From NCBI RefSeq assembly GCF_006345805.1, contig NW_021829762.1, positions 1 to 5,662 of the forward strand: a DNA stretch of 5,662 nucleotides. The letters run 5' to 3'. Source of the stretch: Octopus sinensis. Lineage: Eukaryota. The number at the start of each line of letters is the position of its first letter. The first letter of the stretch is position 1. This document shows, piece after piece, positions 1 to 5,662 of this stretch. A program made the translations under genes and the position numbers. The notes beneath the pieces are model-generated. The model was not told where the DNA came from. It saw nothing but the letters and a program-made list of their open reading frames with translations, and did no database searches.

Positions 1-6
1 TGCATG

Positions 7-37
7 TACATACATACCTACATACATACAGACATAC

Positions 38-79
<42 letters not shown>
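7..79. repeat. Compound microsatellite: imperfect (TACA)n followed by (TA)14
   Basis: tacatacatacc...catacataca to 50, then perfect TA at 51-78. Confidence 0.95.
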
Positions 80-81
<2 letters not shown>

Positions 82-646
82 ATTATTATATATATAGTAT
101 ATATATAATATATATTATATATTAATTTATATATAGATATATATATATGTGTATATATATTTTTTACGCGCATACACGAACATATACACACGCATATATA
201 CACACAAATAGCTGAATATATATTTCTGCTCTGAATTTGGAGAATATGTATATCTATAAAACCACGGAATGAATACAATGTGCGTGATATCCATAAATAT
301 ACAATTGTGTATGTGTATGTGTGTACGTGCGTATGTGTGTGTGCATGTGTGTTTGCGTGTGTGTGTGTAAACATATATACATACGTGCATGCATATACGC
401 AGATATTAATTTATCAACGTAAATAATATACACACATATGTATGTCAATATATCATGTGATATCGTGTGTATGAATAGCGGTTTCTTTATATACACGCTT
501 CAATGTATTCATTTACGCAGAAGTATGTATACGCATTTAAACATGCATGCTTAAATATACATTTCCAATACATGTAGACAAATGAGTATATATTCTCCAA
601 TATATAAGGTATATAATACATGTATATGTGTGTATGTACTTGCGTG

Positions 647-690
647 TATGTATGTATGTATCTATGTATGTATGTATGTATGTATGTATG
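647..690. repeat. (TATG)n tetranucleotide microsatellite
   Basis: TATG units with one TATC interruption. Confidence 0.95.
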
Positions 691-924
691 AATTTATGTG
701 TTTATCTATTTATCTTTCTATATTATACACCTGTTTAATTTAGAGTATAACATATGACATGTACATCCATCCATTTGTCTATGGGTATTTGAGAAAAGTA
801 TATCTAAGTATACATACTTCAATATGTATGTATACATATACTTAAATGAATATATAGAAGCGTTCATAAAAGACAAACCGCTATATATATATAAATGCAT
901 ATATTTACTGTATAAATATACGTA

Positions 925-944
925 CACACACACACACACACACA
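925..944. repeat. (CA)10 microsatellite
   Basis: Perfect array read directly. Confidence 0.95.
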
Positions 945-993
945 TATATATAATATGTATATATATATGTATCTATTCTATATATAATATATA

Positions 994-1000
<7 letters not shown>

Positions 1001-1041
<41 letters not shown>

Positions 1042-1067
1042 TCTATCTATCTATCTATCTATCTATC
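1001..1067. repeat. Compound microsatellite (AT)16-(AC)4-(ATCT)6
   Basis: AT at 1001-1032, AC at 1033-1040, ATCT at 1041-1064 plus ATC. Confidence 0.95.
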
Positions 1068-1175
1068 GAAAGATATATATATATATGTATAATGAAAGAA
1101 GACATTAAAGTTGAATATATACTTGTATGTACATATCTCTATGCGTGTATGTGTTCCATATGTAGTATATATATA

Positions 1176-1213
<38 letters not shown>

Positions 1214-1743
1214 CATGTTTTATATAGATATGTATATAATAATATATATATATATATAATGCATATATACGTACTATATGTATATGTATATGTTATACAT
1301 ATACTTACATATATATGTATAAATATGTATACACACACATATATATATATGTATGTATGTATATATATATACAATAATATATATGTTATATATATTTATA
1401 TATGTATATACATATCTATATAAATACATGTATATTTATAAATATATGTGTGTGTGCGTGTGTGTATGCGCGTGTGAGTGTGTGTGTATGTGTGTGTATA
1501 CGTATACATATATACATATATATTGAAAGAACTGAAGATATATTAAAACCTGAATATACAATTTTAGTTGTGTATTTGTTTGCTTGTACTTGTGAGGGTG
1601 TGGTGTGTCCTACGTATACGTATATGAGTATGTGTATGAATATATATGTGTGTGTGTGTAATGTATATACATGCATATATACATACATAGTGCTGATATC
1701 TACTAATATGTATTTGAATATCACTATGTGTGTATATATATAC

Positions 1744-1748
<5 letters not shown>

Positions 1749-1786
<38 letters not shown>
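1749..1786. repeat. (TA)19 microsatellite
   Basis: Perfect array. Confidence 0.95.
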
Positions 1787-1791
<5 letters not shown>

Positions 1792-2458
1792 GTATAATAT
1801 ATATATGTAACATATACATACACACACACACAATATATATATCGTGTGTTTATTTTTATACATGTACTTGTATACCTAAATATATCTATTCGCCTTCGTC
1901 ACTCCCTCCCTCTCTCTCTATCTATCTTTCTATCCATCTGTTTATATTATTTAAGTGCAAGTTTTTTTTTAAATATTTGTATTATATATTCTAATTCATG
2001 TAACTATACGCATCTGTGCATGCGTATATATGTAATTATAAGCATGTATACGTATACATCTATGTCTGTGGACCTGTGTGACTATAGATCTTATGTAATA
2101 TTCGTATATGTATATACTTAGTATATACATCTGTCTGTTTGTTCGGAGGAATAAATATTTTTATGTAAACCATAATTCAATGGCTAAACCTTTGCGATTC
2201 AACTATAACTTAACTTATAATTCTAAAATCATTTAAAATTTATTCCTACCATTCAATCAACATCCCTGAATTCCGTACATTTCTTTTGCCTCAAAGATAA
2301 AATTCCAAAGATATTAACTTCAAAGAAATTGAAGTTTTATGGAATTCTAAAATTTCCTTCATATCTTTTTTCTTTCTTTCCATTTGATGTTCATTTGATG
2401 CGGAATTCTCATGTTTCCCTTTGTGTATATACGTGTCTATACACGTAGTCTTTCTTAC

Positions 2459-2521
2459 CTCTGACAATGACTGAGGCACTGTCTATCAGCCGTCAATATG
2501 TTTTCTATTCCTCCAGGTGGC
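2459..2521 (-). other. Candidate 63-bp internal coding exon of an unidentified gene
   Basis: Minus strand reads ...ccattctAG|G at 2522/2521 and AG|GTAAGA at 2459/2458. Only one frame is open: PPGGIENILTADRQCLSHCQ (phase 2-2). The peptide is not recognised and the polypyrimidine tract is weak. Confidence 0.25.
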
Positions 2522-2547
2522 CTAGAATGGATTGGATATGTATAGAG

Positions 2548-2760
2548 GTTGCTGTTGTTGTGTAACCTCAGGTTAGCCTTGATTGAGCAGATTGCAGACT
2601 TATGATGAAAGGCATTCCAAACATGACCACCTCGAAGTCAGTGCATTCAGGAATGTATCATCCAATCTATCCTCCCTAATTTTTAAGAAAGTGCAGTGTA
2701 ATTTGAGGGAAATTTGGCTGCTGTTTTTAGCTATTTGCGTGACTGCATAGATGGTCTTCC
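2548..2760 (-). mobile_element. Degenerate SINE-like retroposon fragment ending in a (CAA)n-type tail
   Basis: GTT-rich run at 2548-2562 reads as a CAACAACAGCAAC tail on the minus strand. The body (AAAGGCATTCCA...ATGACCA; ATTTGAGGGAAATTTGGCTGCT) resembles an abundant octopus repeat from memory only. Confidence 0.5.
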
Positions 2761-2954
2761 GTTGAGTCATTATACATTTTCACGTTGCATTTACCATCCT
2801 CCCCAAACTCTCCTACTCCATGTGTATAAACACACAGACACGCGCAAACACACATAATATATTACATGTATGTGTATATAAATAATATATATTATATAAA
2901 GTATATATATATATACTAAATAATATTACATAGAAACCGCACACGTACATATAT

Positions 2955-2964
2955 ACACATATAC

Positions 2965-3016
<52 letters not shown>

Positions 3017-3017
3017 G

Positions 3018-3049
<32 letters not shown>

Positions 3050-3077
3050 ATGTGTGTGTGTGTGTGTGGTGTGTGTG
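2955..3077. repeat. Compound microsatellite: CA/TA variants, (AT)17, interrupted TA, then (TG)n
   Basis: (AT)17 at 2977-3010; TG run from about 3051. Confidence 0.9.
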
Positions 3078-3078
3078 T

Positions 3079-3207
3079 TGTAAATATACAAAATGGGACA
3101 AGAACGCAAACATCCAGAAGACGATTGAAAAAACACGGACGGGTCATTCGAAGTCTTTAATCTTCAGTCAAGAACCGGGGATCATCCTTGCAATTTCGTT
3201 CGGCTGA
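3079..3207. mobile_element. Short interspersed-repeat fragment, family uncertain (possibly a Penelope-like terminal segment)
   Basis: Complex island between (TG)n and (TA)n. AAAATGGGACAAGAACGCAAACATCCAG...GGACGGGTCATTCG...TTGCAATTTCG resembles a recurrent octopus repeat from memory. No coding signature. Confidence 0.35.
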
Positions 3208-3248
3208 TATATATAATATATATACTATAAAATACAAACATATACATG

Positions 3249-3254
<6 letters not shown>

Positions 3255-3290
<36 letters not shown>
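3255..3290. repeat. (TA)18 microsatellite
   Basis: Perfect array. Confidence 0.95.
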
Positions 3291-3300
<10 letters not shown>

Positions 3301-3568
3301 CTATATATATATATATATGCGTGTATATGTGTGCGGGTATATATATATATGCACTCTCTAAGATATATATATACACAGTTCATAGATGAGAATCCAATAT
3401 TCACTGTATAGACTACACTGAGTAGTGCTCAAGAGGTTTACACTTAAGCGTGTAGAGAAATAAATGTAGAGATAATCAAGTTAGATCAATATAGAAAGTA
3501 TATTAAATTTATGAAATAAAAAAAAATATATATATATCTGTTATATATATATATATATATATACATAG

Positions 3569-3802
3569 GAGGAGAAATGGAAAGACAAGAAAAGACGTCA
3601 ACAAGAATCTATGACATTATAACCAGCCAGGCAAAGTCTTCGCTACATTTGCGGCACCTACCAGAGGGAGTGTTTGTCCAGGATAGGACTACACAGCCAC
3701 AGCAGGAGATGTATTGAGACATGAGATGTAAAAGCCGGACTAGATTATTTTATGCGCAACTCCATTGTCTCCCGAGACAAAAAGGATGCCAACAACCAAC
3801 AA

Positions 3803-3804
<2 letters not shown>
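3569..3804 (+). mobile_element. 5'-truncated RTE-clade LINE: ORF C-terminus, 3' UTR and CAA-rich tail (non-functional)
   Basis: Frame from 3569 gives EEKWKDKKRRQQESMTL*PARQSLRYICGTYQRECLSRIGLHSHSRRCIET*. CxxYx12Hx3C with SRIGLHSH matches the RTE C-terminal zinc finger (second Cys mutated, TAC). Internal stop at 3620-3622, terminal stop at 3722-3724, hairpin at 3765-3780, tail CCAACAACCAACAACC. Confidence 0.85.

Positions 3805-3839
<35 letters not shown>
3805..3839. repeat. (AT)17 microsatellite
   Basis: Perfect array directly after the RTE tail. Confidence 0.95.
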
Positions 3840-3842
<3 letters not shown>

Positions 3843-4096
3843 TTGTGTGTGTGTGTGTGTGTGTTGTGTGTGTGTGTATTTGTTATTTGTTTCTGTGTTT
3901 GCCCTCCAACCATCGCTTGACAACCGATGTTGGTGTGTTTACGTCACCGTCACTTAGCAGTTCGGCATAAAGAAACCGATAGAATAAGTACTAGGCTTAC
4001 AAACAATAAGTCCTGGAATCGACATGCCTGACTAAAGGTGGTGCTCCAGCATGGCCGCAGTCAGGTGATTGAAACAAGTAAAAGAATAAAAGAATA
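3840..4096 (+). mobile_element. SINE 3' portion (internal GT run, central body, short tandem tail); tRNA-derived head absent
   Basis: GT-rich run, then AGAATAAGTACTAGGCTTAC...GGTGGTGCTCCAGCATGGCCGCAGTC...TGAAACAAG, ending in (TAAAAGAA)2 at 4079-4094. It closely resembles an abundant octopus SINE from memory. No A/B boxes are visible. Confidence 0.75.
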
Positions 4097-4251
4097 TGCT
4101 TACCTACAAAAAGGTCCGACTTACACAGAAAATAAAAGATATCGAGAAGTAAAGGGGTTGAAGAAAAGTATTACAAATCCAACAACTGTTTCTGGGGACT
4201 TTATATATTGACCTGTCTAACTAGCTTATGCTTACATTTACTTATGTATAT

Positions 4252-4256
<5 letters not shown>

Positions 4257-4284
<28 letters not shown>
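4257..4284. repeat. (AT)14 microsatellite
   Basis: Perfect array. Confidence 0.95.
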
Positions 4285-4288
<4 letters not shown>

Positions 4289-4289
<1 letters not shown>

Positions 4290-4445
4290 GTGACCGGTAA
4301 TAAAGTCACAAAAAAACTTCACAATTAATTTATGGAATCCGGACCAAAGCCCCACGACGACAAAGCCCCTCGGACCAAACCCCTGGGACAAACCCCTGTG
4401 ACATGTTTTCCGTGAATTTTTTCGTGTGACTTTTTTCCTGGATCG
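4289..4445. mobile_element. Small foldback / non-autonomous DNA transposon remnant with inverted subterminal repeats and an internal direct-repeat array
   Basis: Left end has GGTAATAAAGTCACA and AAAAAACTTCACA. Right end has three inverted copies (TGTGACATGTTTTCC, GTGAATTTTTTCG, TGTGACTTTTTTCC). Between them are four GGAC(C)AAA(G)CCCC-type repeats at 4341-4396. Confidence 0.55.
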
Positions 4446-4484
4446 ATATATACGTATGTATATGTATGTGTGTGTGTATGTATG

Positions 4485-4530
<46 letters not shown>

Positions 4531-4643
4531 ATATATCCATATGTTTATATATGTATATACATATGTATATGTATGTATATATATATATATAATATTATAT
4601 ATATATATTATATTATATATCTACATATATATATATATATATA
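4446..4643. repeat. Compound TATG/TG/TA microsatellite region including (TA)15
   Basis: Perfect TA at 4489-4518, flanked by interrupted arrays. Confidence 0.9.
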
Positions 4644-4739
4644 TTTAAAATTAAATAAGGTAGAAATTGATATTAATCAATTAAAACCAGTGGCTTAGCC
4701 TATTTTAAAAAATCCGAAGATTAAAAATTGTTTTACATA

Positions 4740-5233
4740 CACAATTTAGAGGACTGATCACTAAAAGTGGACAGCCTATATGCTAAACGTAGACGTCAAA
4801 TCGCCATTACCACGAAGAATGTGTTCTCAAGAAAAATCTCAGCAAAAAACCAAACCGCTTCCGATCTCAGCGCGCCAAAGTGATGGCATTTGAAAGATAC
4901 ACCTAAATATAATTTGTAGAACTTTATACATGATGGATTTCGGTTGAGTGTTCTGTATCTTGTTCTGGAAATTATGTTTTGTAAACGACAGACTATGCTG
5001 ATGATCTTGCAGATGTTTGCGTGTCCATATACGTAAATATTAACAAGTGAAACCAATAGTACATAGGTAATCGTTTTTTATTTCGTATATTTTCATTTGT
5101 CATGCTTATTTTCACATTTTGGTTTTTTGCTGAGACTTTTTTCTTGAGAACACATTCTTCGTGGTAATGGCGATTTGACGTCTATGTTTAGCATATAAGC
5201 TGTCACTTTTAGTGGTCAGTCCTCTAAATTTTG
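4740..5233. mobile_element. MITE / non-autonomous DNA transposon, ~494 bp with ~115-bp terminal inverted repeats
   Basis: 4740-4854 matches the reverse complement of 5118-5233 with 4 substitutions and 2 small indels (manual alignment). TA lies immediately outside both ends (4738-4739, 5234-5235). The 263-bp core has no recognisable coding sequence. Confidence 0.9.
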
Positions 5234-5238
<5 letters not shown>

Positions 5239-5284
<46 letters not shown>

Positions 5285-5306
5285 TATATATATATATATA
5301 TATATA
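5239..5306. repeat. (AT)22-AC-(TA)11 microsatellite
   Basis: Read directly. Confidence 0.95.
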
Positions 5307-5307
5307 T

Positions 5308-5530
5308 TGAGGGATTCTCGGTCGAAGACGGCGTATGAACGTCCAGCTTTTTGCCGAACGACCTGCACCAAATATTTGTTTATCGTGACCAAATGTTTAT
5401 GCTGCACTTTAATTCGATCTCTCCATGGAATCTACATTATCTGAACAGGTGCACTGTGTGCCACGCGTTAGGTATAGAAGTGATCGCAGAGCAACGTGAA
5501 ATGAAGTGCTTTGCTCAAGAACACAATGCA
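5308..5530 (-). mobile_element. 5'-truncated SINE fragment with a CORE-like motif
   Basis: Minus strand TTGTGTTCTTGAGCAAAGCACTTCATTTC resembles the CORE/MIR-type motif TGTGACCTTGGGCAAGTCACTTAACCTC that follows the tRNA head. The head is missing and mariner sequence is in its place. Confidence 0.6.
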
Positions 5531-5531
5531 A

Positions 5532-5662
5532 ATGATAACAAAGGAGATCTACTGCGAGCAGCTTGAGAGGCTTAAGTCAGCACTAGAAGAAAAACGACCA
5601 TCTTTGGTTTCAAGACGAAAGGTGTTCTTCCATGAGGCTAATGCTCAGCCACATACAGCTAG
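5532..5662 (+). pseudogene. Degenerate mariner (DD34D-type) transposase fragment, continuing beyond the window
   Basis: Frame +3 gives MITKEIYCEQLERLKSALEEKRPSLVSRRKVFFHEANAQPHTA. This matches mariner TIT..YC.QL.RL...L..KRP.L..R..V..H(Q)DNARPH.A. The second catalytic Asp appears as Ala (GCT at 5637-5639), and the N-terminal part is absent. Confidence 0.88.

Larger units (their letters stand above)
1..2130. repeat. Extended compound low-complexity / microsatellite region (TA, TACA/TATG, CA/TG, ATCT)
   Basis: Near-continuous alternating purine-pyrimidine sequence with many interrupted arrays. All ORFs here translate as Y/I/C/V/H/T-rich runs. Confidence 0.95.

Noticed and set aside
18-2121. Many overlapping 60-131 aa ORFs on both strands, and similar ones at 2813-3376, 3752-3970 and 4325-4698
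   Set aside because: These are translations of TA/CA/TATG microsatellites, which lack stop codons. There is no protein-like composition.
2430-2447. Perfect 7-bp hairpin TACGTGT-CTAT-ACACGTA
   Set aside because: It is short and expected by chance in alternating purine-pyrimidine sequence.
2291-2479. 62-aa minus-strand ORF with a charged stretch (ERKKKDMKEILEFH)
   Set aside because: It has a non-ATG start, the charged part derives from a T-rich tract, and no motif is recognisable.
2507-2545. Plus-strand peptide IPPGGLEWIGYV resembling immunoglobulin VH framework 2, with a pyrimidine-rich AG at 2515-2516
   Set aside because: The frame is closed by stops after about 24 codons, there are no other Ig features, and the invertebrate-like context makes coincidence most likely.
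3140-3200. Minus-strand CTGAAGA with nearby GAAT/GAAA, checked because Penelope-like elements often carry hammerhead ribozymes
   Set aside because: Neither circular permutation gives a paired stem II or a valid A15.1-U16.1/UH site.
4097-4240. Unique AT-rich segment with minus-strand donor-like sites (GTAAGC, GTAAGT) and a short open plus frame
   Set aside because: No consistent acceptor-frame-donor combination gives a recognisable peptide.
4341-4396. Direct repeats considered as a CRISPR-like array
   Set aside because: Repeats are 11-13 bp with 2-5 nt gaps and no unique spacers, and the context is eukaryotic with no cas genes.
4998-5075. Hammerhead-like words CTGATGA (4998-5004) and GAAA with a downstream GTA inside the MITE core
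   Set aside because: Stem II would close with a U-U pair, stem III has only about 2 bp, and stem I does not pair next to the core.
4796-5566. ORFs 4796-5056 (-), 5216-5407 (-) and 5351-5566 (+)
   Set aside because: They have no recognisable domains and lie across MITE, microsatellite and SINE sequence. The real coding remnant is the mariner frame starting at 5532.

Overview
Very AT-rich, repeat-dominated eukaryotic non-coding DNA. It is probably from a coleoid cephalopod (Octopus-like), inferred from dense (TA)n/(CA)n/(TATG)n microsatellites and from interspersed repeats I recall as octopus families; this is recall, not a database search. Bases 1-2130 are almost entirely alternating purine-pyrimidine low-complexity sequence. 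The rest is a mosaic of transposon relics, mostly separated by (TA)n tracts: three SINE-like fragments, the 3' end of an RTE-clade LINE, a small foldback element with two kinds of short repeats, a ~494-bp MITE with ~115-bp terminal inverted repeats, and a degenerate mariner transposase fragment running off the right edge. No intact protein-coding gene is supported. Most listed ORFs are microsatellite artefacts, and the others show no recognisable protein. There is one weak 63-bp candidate exon on the minus strand. I found no convincing evidence of a new biological system; the best leads are unclassified mobile elements.
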